Assembly: GCA_043820105.1 (NCBI GenBank)
Contig: JBDREC010000090.1
Coordinates: 1-64,000, forward strand
Direction of reading: 5' to 3'
Length of the DNA: 64,000 nucleotides
From: Pseudomonadota bacterium
Lineage (GTDB): Bacteria; Bdellovibrionota_F; JAHFAK01; JBDREC01
A program made the position numbers and the translations under genes. The notes under the pieces are model-generated. The model was not told where the DNA came from. It ran no database searches and saw only the letters and a program-made list of their open reading frames with translations. Of the stretch, positions 1 to 9,369 are shown in pieces (the first letter of the stretch is position 1; each line of letters opens with the position of its first letter).

Positions 1-26
1 CTCCAATTTGAATACCTAAACAATAG
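1..26 (-). repeat. Terminal inverted repeat fragment of the MITE/IS family seen at 37121, 46607 and 50188
   Basis: ctccaatttgaatacctaaacaatag is the exact reverse complement of 46818-46843, the right end of the MITE; cut by the window edge. Confidence 0.8.
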
Positions 27-320
27 ATCGGGCACATAAAAAACATTACAAAACCTCTTTTTCAAAAAGCTAATGCCCACACTCCTTATTCAAGCAATAA
101 AAATATTTTATTATTAAAGGCTTATTGTATTCCCACTATAAGTGGTGCCAGAGCGAGCAGTTGAGCAAGCAGATTTCAAAACTGAAGAAGTGCCAAACTT
201 GTGCTGCTAAAACAGTATACTGGAAAATTTCCTTTTTTAAAACATTCTGAAAATGGATTTTGTAAAAAATTAGTATCAAAGATCTTGAAATTTGCTTTTA
301 TAATTAATATGTACTTTATT

Positions 321-515
321 ATGAGAAAAAAAGAAATAAAACAAAGAGCATGTCAAAATGCAGAAGAATATGGAATTGATTTAACTTTAATTGATGAGAA
401 TTTGAAAAAAACTCCAACTGAAAGGCTCCTGGCATTACAAGACCTGGTAAATTTTATGCAAACCTTGAAAAAATCTGGAAAAGAATATTATGCAAAACTT
501 CGAAAAAATAATTAA
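321..515 (+). CDS. Small protein, putative antitoxin-like partner of the downstream nucleotidyltransferase
   Basis: ATG at 321 preferred over GTG at 201; GIDLTLIDENLKKTPTERL motif; overlaps the NTase start. Confidence 0.6.
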   Translation: MRKKEIKQRACQNAEEYGIDLTLIDENLKKTPTERLLALQDLVNFMQTLKKSGKEYYAKLRKNN

Positions 516-960
516 GCTATTTATTGATAATGATGTAGATTTTGTTTTAATAGGTGGATTAGCTGCTACTTTGCATGGATCAAGCATTGCAACGCAGGAT
601 ATAGATTTTTGTGTATCATTTGCTGAAGAAAATTGTGAAAAGATTCTAAAAGCTATTGACGGAATTAATCCCATTCATAGAGATATTAAAAAACCGTTTA
701 AAGAAAATTCCCAATCACTTTCTAAATATAAAAATCTTTATCTTATAACTGATCTTGGATCCATTGATATGCTTGGGCTCGTAAGCGGTCTTGGGGATTA
801 TAAAAAATTAATATCTCAATCAATTGAAGTAGACCTCTTTAACAGAAAATGCAAAGTTTTATCAATTGATGCTTTGATAAAAACAAAAAAGGAAATGCAA
901 AGAGAAAAAGATAAAGAAACCATTTTTCAGCTAGAGGCTATTAAAGAGAAAACGGGATAG
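490..960 (+). CDS. Nucleotidyltransferase (pol-beta superfamily, putative toxin-antitoxin component)
   Basis: FVLIGGLAATLHG...TQDID motif and C-terminal REKD. Confidence 0.8.
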   Translation: MQNFEKIIKLFIDNDVDFVLIGGLAATLHGSSIATQDIDFCVSFAEENCEKILKAIDGINPIHRDIKKPFKENSQSLSKYKNLYLITDLGSIDMLGLVSGLGDYKKLISQSIEVDLFNRKCKVLSIDALIKTKKEMQREKDKETIFQLEAIKEKTG

Positions 961-1090
961 ATTTTAATATTTTATAAAGTTCTTCCATCGCAGAATAACA
1001 TAAAGGAAAATAGACTTGTTGAAAGAAGAATTGTTATCGTTTTGCAAGAATTTATACTAAAATATTAATATAGATTTGACAAGGTCTTTG

Positions 1091-1954
1091 TTATCCTTTA
1101 ACAGAACCTGCAGTTAATCCTTCCACCATATGTCTTTGCAACATAAAAAACAAAGCCATTACTGGAGCTGAAACTAAGATCGCGCCGGCTGCAAAATGTC
1201 CCCAAGCTGTTGAGCGGGCACCAACATAGCTTTGAAGAACAACAGGGAGGGTGTAACTTGTTTCATTACTCATGAATTTAGCAGCTAAAATAAATTCGTT
1301 CCAGGCTGTCATAAAGGAAAATAAAAAAGTAATTCCAATAGCAGGTTTCGCAAGCGGCAAAATTATCTTAAGAAATATTTTTAAGGTAGAAGCGCCATCC
1401 ATTTTAGCAGCTTCTTCAAGGTCTTTAGGAATTGTATCAAAATATCCTTTTAGCATCCATGTTGAAAAAGGAATTGATGTCGTGGAATAAACAAGTATAA
1501 GACCTGTTTTAGTATCAAGCAAACCAGTGAAATCTAATAAAATATATAATGGAATCATCATCATTGTTCCAGGAAACATTTGTGTGATTAGCAAGCTTGA
1601 TAAACAAGTTTTTTTACCTGGAAATGTGAATCTTGAGAAAGCATAGCCAGCTGTAGTTGCCAGGAAAACACCGAGTATGGCTGTTAATAATGAAATAACT
1701 ATACTATTGTAAAGCTGATATCCAAAAACCCATGTTCCAGCGAGATCAGTGTTTGTAACGACTTCAACAAAATTTGAAATAGAAGCATTTTCAGGAATAG
1801 GGGATAATCCCATTGCAAAATTCTGACTTGGAGTAAGAGCCATTCTTACTACCCAAAGAAAAGGATAAAGCACTATGATTGAAACAAAAACAAGCAAAAG
1901 GTGACTAAAAAATCCCTTTGCATAATTTTGAATTTTGAATTTAGAATTTTGCAT
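1091..1954 (-). CDS. malG: Maltose/maltodextrin-type ABC transporter permease (MalG-like)
   Basis: EAA loop (LEEAAKMDGA), multiple TM segments, C-terminal GLTAGSVKG. Confidence 0.88.
   Translation of the reverse strand: MQNSKFKIQNYAKGFFSHLLLVFVSIIVLYPFLWVVRMALTPSQNFAMGLSPIPENASISNFVEVVTNTDLAGTWVFGYQLYNSIVISLLTAILGVFLATTAGYAFSRFTFPGKKTCLSSLLITQMFPGTMMMIPLYILLDFTGLLDTKTGLILVYSTTSIPFSTWMLKGYFDTIPKDLEEAAKMDGASTLKIFLKIILPLAKPAIGITFLFSFMTAWNEFILAAKFMSNETSYTLPVVLQSYVGARSTAWGHFAAGAILVSAPVMALFFMLQRHMVEGLTAGSVKG
1924..1951. repeat. Heptamer array (AATTTTG)x4 inside the 5' end of malG
   Basis: aattttg aattttg aatttag aattttg; encodes QNSKFKIQN on the minus strand. Confidence 0.85.
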
Positions 1955-1960
1955 TATTTT

Positions 1961-4246
1961 CTAATCCTCAAATTGCTTTTTCATTCTAGTAGTTGCCATT
2001 GTATAGCAAACAAGCATTACAAATATTAAAGTTGAATAAGCCGCTGCATATCCAAAAGCTCCGCCTTGTCCTCTTTCAAAAGCCCAGCGGAAGGCTTCAG
2101 TGATTAAAATATCAGTGGTTCCATCAGGTAAACCTCCAGAAACAAGATAAATTATATTAAACATATTAAAGGTCCAAACTGTTCCAAGAATGATTGCTGG
2201 AGCAAGAACTGGTCTTAAAAGGGGTAGGGTAATCTTTTTTAATTTATTAAGCCAGGTAGCCCCATCAATATCAGCAGCTTCATATAAATCGCGTGGAATA
2301 GCAGTTAAGCCTCCCATTACAATGACCATCATAAAAGGAAAACCAAGCCATATATTGGTGATTAAGTTAGCTGAAAAAGCTGACCATGTTTGGTTCATCC
2401 ATGAAAAACCCTGGATTCCAAGTATGTTGTTGATCGCGCCAAATTCAGGATGAAACATGCCTTTCCATATTAAGGCTGTGATGTATGAAGGAACTGCCCA
2501 TGGAATTATGAACAAGATTCTATAAAGCCATTTAAACTTTAGCCTGGCTTGATTCAAAACTAGTGCTAAGAAAATGCCGATTGTAACATGAAAAAAAACA
2601 GAGCCAGCTGTCCACAATACTGTCATAAAAAGAGTGTAGAAAAATCGGGAATCAGTTGCCGTTAAAATATTTACAAAATGTTTTATTCCTACAAAGGAAT
2701 ATTCTCCCCACGAGTGCTTGAAAAAGCCCATTCCCAGGCCAAAGATAAAAGGAATAAAAACTAATATGAACATTCCAATCATTGCAGGAGCAGCATAGGC
2801 ATAAGCAGTTTTATTGTTTTTAATATCTTTAATTAAATTTTTAGGGCCATATTTAAAAACCCACCTTATATATAAAGCAAATATAATAAATATAATTGCA
2901 AGCACACCTATGTAAAACTTAGTGGGATCAAGCTCTTCTACGGTAGCTTCATATTCATTTGCAAAACCTTCCATCGTTGTTTGCACTTTAGCAAGCGTTT
3001 GCTCAGGTGGAATAGATTGAGCAATTGATAAGGTTAAAGCACCTTTCATGGGATTCCACAAGGCCTTCATAAGTGGAGAATTCGGAATTGGAACAGTATT
3101 TGGAAGCTGAGCACAAAATCCTTTTAATATAGCTTTTTCTTTTTCAGCCTTTTTTCTTTCGTCCGGATCATTTATAGATGCAACATGCTTTTCATATTCA
3201 TCCCAGGCCTTTATTGAAGAAACGGTTTGTTTTCCTGTAACAAGTCTCGTTTTGGCAGAAAAACCTGTGGCTAAAAGCTTTGCAGCCTCTACTGCTAATG
3301 CAGGATTTTTACTTTTAGCTGAAACCATGACAGCTTCAACAGTTAAAAATGGTTTTAAGCTTTCACCAGGCTTTATTTTCTCTCCGACTTCATTTACATC
3401 AACAACTGGTAATTTCGAAACAGCAAAGCTAACTTTTGAATCATCAATTTCTCCAATAGCCCATGGTCCTTGGATTATAAAGGCAGCTTTACCTTCATTA
3501 AATAAGGAAGAAATTATAGCATCATTAACTTCAGCTGGCATTACTTTTAATTTGTTTTGCAGAAACATGGCATATTTAAAGGATTTGATATTAGCTTCAG
3601 AATCAATTTTAGGATAATCTAAACGATTGAAAAGCTTTCCGCCAAAACCATAAAGCAAAAAAGCATGTCTGTATAAATCAGTAGTTTCATAAACTATTCC
3701 ATATGTTCCATTTTTACTGAGGTCTTTTGAAATATTTTGAAGCTCACTTAAAGTTTTTGGTGCAATTGGTACAAGCTTTGTATTGCGAAAGAGTGCCAGA
3801 GACTTAAATGAAAGCGGAATGCCATACATGGATCCTTTATAAATCATGGCCTTTGGCAAGATCTCAAAGAAGTTTTCTAAAAATTGAGGATCAACTTTAT
3901 CATCAAGTTTAGCAATAGAATTAGCTTCAGCCCAATCTGCAATATCATTGTGAGCAGCTATTATGAGATCAGGTCCTTTCCCACGAGGAATGGCTGCTCT
4001 AACTTTGTCCAAAAATGCATCATAAGGAATCGCCAATGGATTAACGGTAAACGCGAGGTCTTGAGCATTAATATGCTTTGCCCAAATTTCAATGGCGTCT
4101 TTTTCAGTTGCTCTATAGGAGTGCCAGAGCACAATTTGTTTTTTATCATTTGCACTAAGTACCTGATAATAGGAAAGTAGACAAATTAGTACAAAAAACA
4201 ATGCAATTTTGAATTTTGAATTTTGAATTTTGAATTGTTTACACAT
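1961..4246 (-). CDS. Fused sugar-binding protein and permease (MalE-MalF fusion)
   Basis: Signal peptide, SBP motifs (GPDL..AHND, GPW), then TM permease with EAA loop LYEAADIDGA. Confidence 0.85.
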   Translation of the reverse strand: MCKQFKIQNSKFKIALFFVLICLLSYYQVLSANDKKQIVLWHSYRATEKDAIEIWAKHINAQDLAFTVNPLAIPYDAFLDKVRAAIPRGKGPDLIIAAHNDIADWAEANSIAKLDDKVDPQFLENFFEILPKAMIYKGSMYGIPLSFKSLALFRNTKLVPIAPKTLSELQNISKDLSKNGTYGIVYETTDLYRHAFLLYGFGGKLFNRLDYPKIDSEANIKSFKYAMFLQNKLKVMPAEVNDAIISSLFNEGKAAFIIQGPWAIGEIDDSKVSFAVSKLPVVDVNEVGEKIKPGESLKPFLTVEAVMVSAKSKNPALAVEAAKLLATGFSAKTRLVTGKQTVSSIKAWDEYEKHVASINDPDERKKAEKEKAILKGFCAQLPNTVPIPNSPLMKALWNPMKGALTLSIAQSIPPEQTLAKVQTTMEGFANEYEATVEELDPTKFYIGVLAIIFIIFALYIRWVFKYGPKNLIKDIKNNKTAYAYAAPAMIGMFILVFIPFIFGLGMGFFKHSWGEYSFVGIKHFVNILTATDSRFFYTLFMTVLWTAGSVFFHVTIGIFLALVLNQARLKFKWLYRILFIIPWAVPSYITALIWKGMFHPEFGAINNILGIQGFSWMNQTWSAFSANLITNIWLGFPFMMVIVMGGLTAIPRDLYEAADIDGATWLNKLKKITLPLLRPVLAPAIILGTVWTFNMFNIIYLVSGGLPDGTTDILITEAFRWAFERGQGGAFGYAAAYSTLIFVMLVCYTMATTRMKKQFED
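4205..4236. repeat. Heptamer array (AATTTTG)x4.5 inside the 5' end of the malE-malF gene
   Basis: Perfect aattttg x4 plus aatt; encodes QFKIQNSKFKI on the minus strand. Confidence 0.85.
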
Positions 4247-5348
4247 TTATTCTGGCTCCATCTTTTGCAAAAAAGTGAAACTTATTAGCATAAGCTGCAA
4301 CAAAAACTTTATCTTCAGCTTTTAAATTGCTAAGGTATGAGCCTGGCACACTTTCATCAAGTTTTCCTGTTAATTTCTTTTTATTGATATTTCCAAGCAC
4401 AAATCTTTCTGTGCCTAAGTTTTCGATAACATCAATATCTGCTAATCCAACAACAATTTCATTTTCATTTACTTTTGGAATTTCATTTAAATTATCTGCT
4501 TTTATAAAATTTATATTATTGGGTCTTATGCCAATACATGTTGTATTGGTTGGGATTTTACTTATGGGAATAGGGTGCTTTGTTCCATCTATTATGAATT
4601 TGCCATTTTCAGTTTTACCTTCAAAAAGGTTCATTGCTGGAGTTCCTAAAAAGCCTGCCACAAATTTGTTAGCAGGTGTTGAATATACTTCCATTGGTGA
4701 ACCAATTTGTTGAGCTATCCCTTCATGCAAAACAACAACTCTGTCAGCCAGTGTCATGGCTTCTGCTTGATCATGTGTAACATAAACTGTAGTTGTTCCA
4801 AGTTGTCTGTGAAGGCGAGCAATTTCAGCCCTAACTTCACCTCTTAATTTGGCATCTAGGTTTGAAAGGGGTTCGTCAAACAAATAGGCTTTTGGTCTTC
4901 TGACAATAGCTCTGCCCATTGCAACACGCTGGCGTTGACCACCTGAAAGTTGTTTTGGTTTTCTATGTAATAAATCTGATAGACCTAGCATAGATGCAAC
5001 TTCTGAAACTCGCTTTTTTATTTCATCTTTTTTTATCTTTTGAACTTTAAGGCCAAAGGATATATTATCAAAAACATTCATGTGTGGATAAAGTGCATAA
5101 CTTTGAAAAACCATAGCAAGATCTCTTTTGCCAGGAGGCAGATCATTTATTTTCTTCCCATCAACAAGCAAGTCACCGTTTGTAATGGCTTCAAGCCCAG
5201 CAATCATTCTCAGAGTAGTTGATTTTCCGCAACCAGATGGGCCAACCAAGACAATGAATTCACCATCTTTGATCTCTAAATTTAAGGTTTTTACAACTTG
5301 ATTGGAATCATACCATTTTTCGATATTTGATAAAGTTATAGAGGCCAT
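4239..5348 (-). CDS. malK: Sugar ABC transporter ATP-binding protein (MalK/UgpC family)
   Basis: Walker A GPSGCGKST, LSGGQRQR signature, DEPLSNLD, HDQ, C-terminal TOBE-like region. Confidence 0.9.
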   Translation of the reverse strand: MASITLSNIEKWYDSNQVVKTLNLEIKDGEFIVLVGPSGCGKSTTLRMIAGLEAITNGDLLVDGKKINDLPPGKRDLAMVFQSYALYPHMNVFDNISFGLKVQKIKKDEIKKRVSEVASMLGLSDLLHRKPKQLSGGQRQRVAMGRAIVRRPKAYLFDEPLSNLDAKLRGEVRAEIARLHRQLGTTTVYVTHDQAEAMTLADRVVVLHEGIAQQIGSPMEVYSTPANKFVAGFLGTPAMNLFEGKTENGKFIIDGTKHPIPISKIPTNTTCIGIRPNNINFIKADNLNEIPKVNENEIVVGLADIDVIENLGTERFVLGNINKKKLTGKLDESVPGSYLSNLKAEDKVFVAAYANKFHFFAKDGARINV

Positions 5349-5804
5349 TTATTGACTTTCCCCTAATTAAATTAAAATTTACACGCGATAATATGTACCC
5401 GATATGTTTTGAAATAAGCCAATGACATAGCTGGGAAGCTGTAAGGTGTCAAGGAAAAGTGGCATGTGGTAAGTGTGCTATAGCACTAGAATTACTTATT
5501 AAGTAATAAAAAAGGTATGAAAATCATAGATTGGGAAAATGCGATATTCGATATCAGTATCATTGGCATTTTGATCATATGCACTAATCTTTTTCATCCC
5601 ATTTCCTCCTTGTTGAATAATAATGTTTTTGTTTTTGTCTAATAATTCAAAAACATTTAAATAGTATTGCAAGTGAAGTGCCATGTGTTTTGCAGGAAAA
5701 TGTTATGTGAAATTAAGTGCTTAGATTGTGTTAAAAAAACTATAGATTAAAAAGAGGATTTTTGCTCATTTGAGAAATGTGTTCATGGCACCATTGATAT
5801 GTTA

Positions 5805-7361
5805 TTAAAAAATATTAGTCGCACAATGAAGACCTGCATTTTTATTATGCATTTCTTTGACTTTGGATAGATGAATTTCAAGACCAGCTTTAGTTTCAAG
5901 TTGATCTTTTACATCCAGTGCGTTTTCCATTCGTTCATAATAAGGCATTATGAACTGAGTCTTAAGTGTTTTTAGTTTAGGAAGAGAATATATAACTCCA
6001 TTTAAATAGCTCTTTCTTTCAAATAAAGAGCTAAAAGATTGTTTAATTTTCACTACTTCATATCCAGAACCTTGCACTTTTATATAAAACTCTTTTAAAG
6101 TATGCTCTAATAATCTCATATCATCAACAGTATTAAACACTTTTTTTTGAAAGCTTCTTATTACCCATTCCATTTCATTTTCCCAGGATGATGTATCAGT
6201 GCAATAATTTTGCCTTAAGCTTTCTAATTCTGCTTTTAATAAAGGCATGTATTGTTCAATAATAGCATTTCTGTCATATTCATAATCCAGCATTATTACT
6301 TTATTGTTAGCAATAGGGATAAGATAAAGGTCAAGGTGATAAATAAAAGTTGGTTTAGTATAATTGGTTGTTAAAATAATTGGTTCTTTATCAAAAGTAG
6401 TTCTAAAAACGTTTTTAATACTTTCAAAATCATAATCTAATCCCAGGTATTTATAAAGTACTGTTGTTAACTTAAAAGCCAAATCACCAACAAAGACATG
6501 TGACTGGCTAACACTTATATCGCCTCCGTCAAATATTACAGGGGTTTCAACTTGCTTAAAAGGCAAGGAATTATCCTGAGAGTTGAATCTGACATATGCT
6601 GATGTGAGCAAAACTCGTTTTCCATTTTCATAAGCAAATTCACCATAATCTTGAGGCCACATTTTTCTGCCTAATACACCTGATTTTAGAGTTTCAATAT
6701 TAAGATTGCGATATTTCTTTGCACGGTTTTCAAATTCTGAGACATCAATATTGAACTCCTCCTCTAGATCAAGTAGTATTTTTTTATCAATCGTATTATC
6801 AAATAAAATATTTGTTCTTTTGGGGAAATGTTTCAAAACTTCAAGCTGATCTTCCATAAAAGCCCTTTGTTCTTCATGTGTTGCTTTTTCATCTTTGTCT
6901 TTGGGAAATGCCATCAAAACATTTCTGGGAATTCTTAAAAAGTCAGGTTCAATTTTTACCTTTTCAATTTTCGCCTGGGCAATTAATTCAATAATTTTAT
7001 TTTTTTTATTATTTCTATTTTCGTTAAATTCTAAATAAATACTTTCCATAGTTTCAAATGTGTTAGTGGATTTAAAGTGAACTTCACCCTCATAATCCCA
7101 TTCATTTATCATCATCGTATTTAAATATATCTGGTTTCTTTTAATTAATTTTTCAATTTTTTCATTTTCTGCATTGGAAATTATTTTGTTTAAAATGTCC
7201 TTGAGTAAATCATCAGTTATTGGGCATATTTCATTTTTATTTTCATTTTCTGCTATTTCAATCTTTACCATGCTACTTTCATTTAAATCTGCGAAACATA
7301 TAGAAGACAAGAGTATCATTATAGAATATAGCCTTGTAATATTGACAAAAGATATCCTCAT
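5805..7361 (-). CDS. Secreted pentein-superfamily enzyme (agmatine/peptidylarginine deiminase-like)
   Basis: Signal peptide; motifs WPQD, DGGD, YHLD, SYLN and C-terminal GLHCAT with the catalytic Cys. Confidence 0.7.
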   Translation of the reverse strand: MRISFVNITRLYSIMILLSSICFADLNESSMVKIEIAENENKNEICPITDDLLKDILNKIISNAENEKIEKLIKRNQIYLNTMMINEWDYEGEVHFKSTNTFETMESIYLEFNENRNNKKNKIIELIAQAKIEKVKIEPDFLRIPRNVLMAFPKDKDEKATHEEQRAFMEDQLEVLKHFPKRTNILFDNTIDKKILLDLEEEFNIDVSEFENRAKKYRNLNIETLKSGVLGRKMWPQDYGEFAYENGKRVLLTSAYVRFNSQDNSLPFKQVETPVIFDGGDISVSQSHVFVGDLAFKLTTVLYKYLGLDYDFESIKNVFRTTFDKEPIILTTNYTKPTFIYHLDLYLIPIANNKVIMLDYEYDRNAIIEQYMPLLKAELESLRQNYCTDTSSWENEMEWVIRSFQKKVFNTVDDMRLLEHTLKEFYIKVQGSGYEVVKIKQSFSSLFERKSYLNGVIYSLPKLKTLKTQFIMPYYERMENALDVKDQLETKAGLEIHLSKVKEMHNKNAGLHCATNIF

Positions 7362-7393
7362 GCAAAACTCCAGAAAGTTTTTTATTTTATCAT

Positions 7394-7410
7394 TTGCACA
7401 TACTGTGCCG
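7394..7410 (-). promoter_or_regulatory. sigma54 (-24/-12) promoter for the deiminase-like gene
   Basis: Minus strand CGGCAC-AGTAT-GTGCA, GG-N10-GC spacing, ~35 bp upstream of the ATG. Confidence 0.6.
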
Positions 7411-7438
7411 GAAATGTTTTTATAAAAAAATGCTATAA

Positions 7439-7451
7439 AATCAAGGTATTG
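7439..7451 (+). promoter_or_regulatory. IHF-binding site candidate
   Basis: AATCAAGGTATTG matches WATCAANNNNTTR exactly, with an A-tract upstream, 30 bp from the sigma54 promoter. Confidence 0.55.
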
Positions 7452-7563
7452 GTTTTTTTGTGTTTGGAATATTATGTTTAATTGATTAATTTATGGTTAC
7501 CATTTTAAGTTTAAATCCTATATTAGATTAACTTGACTACTAGTGTATGGCGATGTATGGCAG

Positions 7564-7590
7564 GGTAAGTGGTAAGTGGTAAGTGGTAAG
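7564..7590. repeat. Heptamer array (GGTAAGT)x4
   Basis: Direct reading; the same unit occurs at 8662 and 60340. Confidence 0.9.
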
Positions 7591-7663
7591 AAAATATGTA
7601 TATTGATAACCATTTCTGGCGCACTAACATATTATATGGCTATATTATAAGGATCAATACACT

Positions 7664-7840
7664 ATGTCCAATAATAAGAAAATATCTACAACGGTTTATT
7701 TAACTGAAGAACAGCTTGAACGGCTGAGAAAACTTAATGAAAATACAAAGGTGCCTATTGCTGAGTATATTAGGGAAGGGGTAGATCTTGTTTTAGAAAA
7801 ACATAGGGATCAGGTGCCTGGTCAACTTTCATTACTCTAG
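7664..7840 (+). CDS. cdbA: Ribbon-helix-helix DNA-binding protein, CdbA-like (58 aa, absent from the ORF track)
   Basis: My translation: MSNNKKISTTVYLTEEQLERLRKLNENTKVPIAEYIREGVDLVLEKHRDQVPGQLSLL; strongly resembles myxobacterial CdbA as recalled; AAGGA RBS upstream. Confidence 0.8.
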   Translation: MSNNKKISTTVYLTEEQLERLRKLNENTKVPIAEYIREGVDLVLEKHRDQVPGQLSLL

Positions 7841-7848
7841 GAGATAAA

Positions 7849-8664
7849 ATGAGTGATATGCAATACAAAGAAGTGAATTATAATATTTCCATGCAAGAGC
7901 ATAAATATGGAGATAATATTCATCTGCTATCAAATCCGATTTTAATGACTCAACTTGCAAAGCTGTGTTTTAAGACAACTATCCAACCACAAGTAAATGA
8001 GTTGATTACGTTTATTTATCGATCTATGACTGCAATTTTAATTAATCATCGTTTTCCCAGAATAAATGTGAAAAAAGAAACACGAATGATTGATTATAAT
8101 AAAGAAGCAATTTTTGAGGGTCAGATAATTGACACTGAACACAAGGTTGTGCTTGTTGACCTTGCCAGGGCTGGAATGCTTCCTTCCCTTGTTTGTTATC
8201 AATACTTAAATAATTTCTTAAATCCAGAAGGTGTTCGCCTTGATCATATCTTTATTAATAGAAAGATAAATGAAAAAGAAGAAGTTATTGGCACTAATTT
8301 AAGTGGTCATAAAATTGGTGGCGGTGTTGATAAATCTTTTGTAATATTTCCAGATCCAATGGGAGCTACAGGGATTTCAATTTGCAATGCTGTTGATGTT
8401 TATAAAAAGCAAATAGCTGGAACTCCTGATATGATGGTTGCTGTTCATTTAATTATTACACCTGAATACATAAAAAAGGTTAGCCAGGAACATCCTGATT
8501 TGCAGGTTTATGCGATTAGACTTGATAGAGGACTTTCAAGTCCTGAAGTTTTAAAAACAATTCCAGGCACTCATCCAGAGCAAGAAAAGGGTTTAAATGA
8601 AAAGCAATATATTGTTCCAGGAGCTGGTGGCTTGGGAGAAGTTATTAATAATAGTTATATATAA
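7849..8664 (+). CDS. upp: Uracil phosphoribosyltransferase
   Basis: LARAG, PRPP motif DPMGATG, C-terminal YIVPGAGGLG. Confidence 0.85.
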   Translation: MSDMQYKEVNYNISMQEHKYGDNIHLLSNPILMTQLAKLCFKTTIQPQVNELITFIYRSMTAILINHRFPRINVKKETRMIDYNKEAIFEGQIIDTEHKVVLVDLARAGMLPSLVCYQYLNNFLNPEGVRLDHIFINRKINEKEEVIGTNLSGHKIGGGVDKSFVIFPDPMGATGISICNAVDVYKKQIAGTPDMMVAVHLIITPEYIKKVSQEHPDLQVYAIRLDRGLSSPEVLKTIPGTHPEQEKGLNEKQYIVPGAGGLGEVINNSYI

Positions 8665-8728
8665 GTGGTAAGAGGTAAGTGGTAAGTGGTAAGTATTCCT
8701 TACGACTTACGACATACGACTTACGACT
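8662..8728. repeat. Inverted pair of heptamer arrays (TAAGTGG)n / (TTACGAC)n
   Basis: Starts at the upp stop codon; the arms are complementary at 6 of 7 positions per unit. Confidence 0.85.
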
Positions 8729-8743
8729 GTAAATGAGGTATTT

Positions 8744-9259
8744 ATGCCCGAACTTAAAGTGCTTATTTCCGAAGAAGATGTTTTAAAAAGAGTTAAGGAG
8801 CTTGGTACTCAAATAAGTAAGGATTATGAAGGCAAATCTCTCACTGTAATTGGAGTTTTGAAGGGTTCTTTTTTATTTCAAGCAGATCTCGTTCGCTACA
8901 TAGATGTGCCAGTGCAAGTCGATTTTTTAGAAGTTTCAAGTTATGGCAACGAAACCAAATCAAGTGGTGTTGTAAAATTTGTCAAAGACCTTACCCATTC
9001 AATAGAAGGCCTTGATGTTTTGATTGTTGAAGATATTATTGATTCAGGCTTAACCATGAATTATCTTTTAAATAATTTAAAAACTAGAAATCCAGCATCT
9101 TTGAAGGTATGTACCTTATTGGAAAAACCTCATAAAACAGAAGTACCAATAGATTATACTGGATTCAAAATAGAGGATAAATTTGTAGTTGGCTATGGCC
9201 TGGATTACAGAGGATTTTATCGAAATACTAGATATATCGGCTATTTTGACAATCCATAA
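8744..9259 (+). CDS. hpt: Hypoxanthine phosphoribosyltransferase
   Basis: GVLKGS, SSYG, VEDIIDSGLT, FVVGYGLDY motifs. Confidence 0.95.
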   Translation: MPELKVLISEEDVLKRVKELGTQISKDYEGKSLTVIGVLKGSFLFQADLVRYIDVPVQVDFLEVSSYGNETKSSGVVKFVKDLTHSIEGLDVLIVEDIIDSGLTMNYLLNNLKTRNPASLKVCTLLEKPHKTEVPIDYTGFKIEDKFVVGYGLDYRGFYRNTRYIGYFDNP

Positions 9260-9369
9260 TTGCCCCCTTTTTAGCTTGCCAATCATCAATAGTCATGCTT
9301 ATTTAATCGCCTTAAAATTGATATGTTTTATAAATGTTTAATATAGTAGTAAGCTTTATTGGATGAAAT

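Noticed and set aside
5499-5684. 61-aa minus-strand ORF
   Set aside because: No recognisable motif; it could be a fragment but I cannot support it
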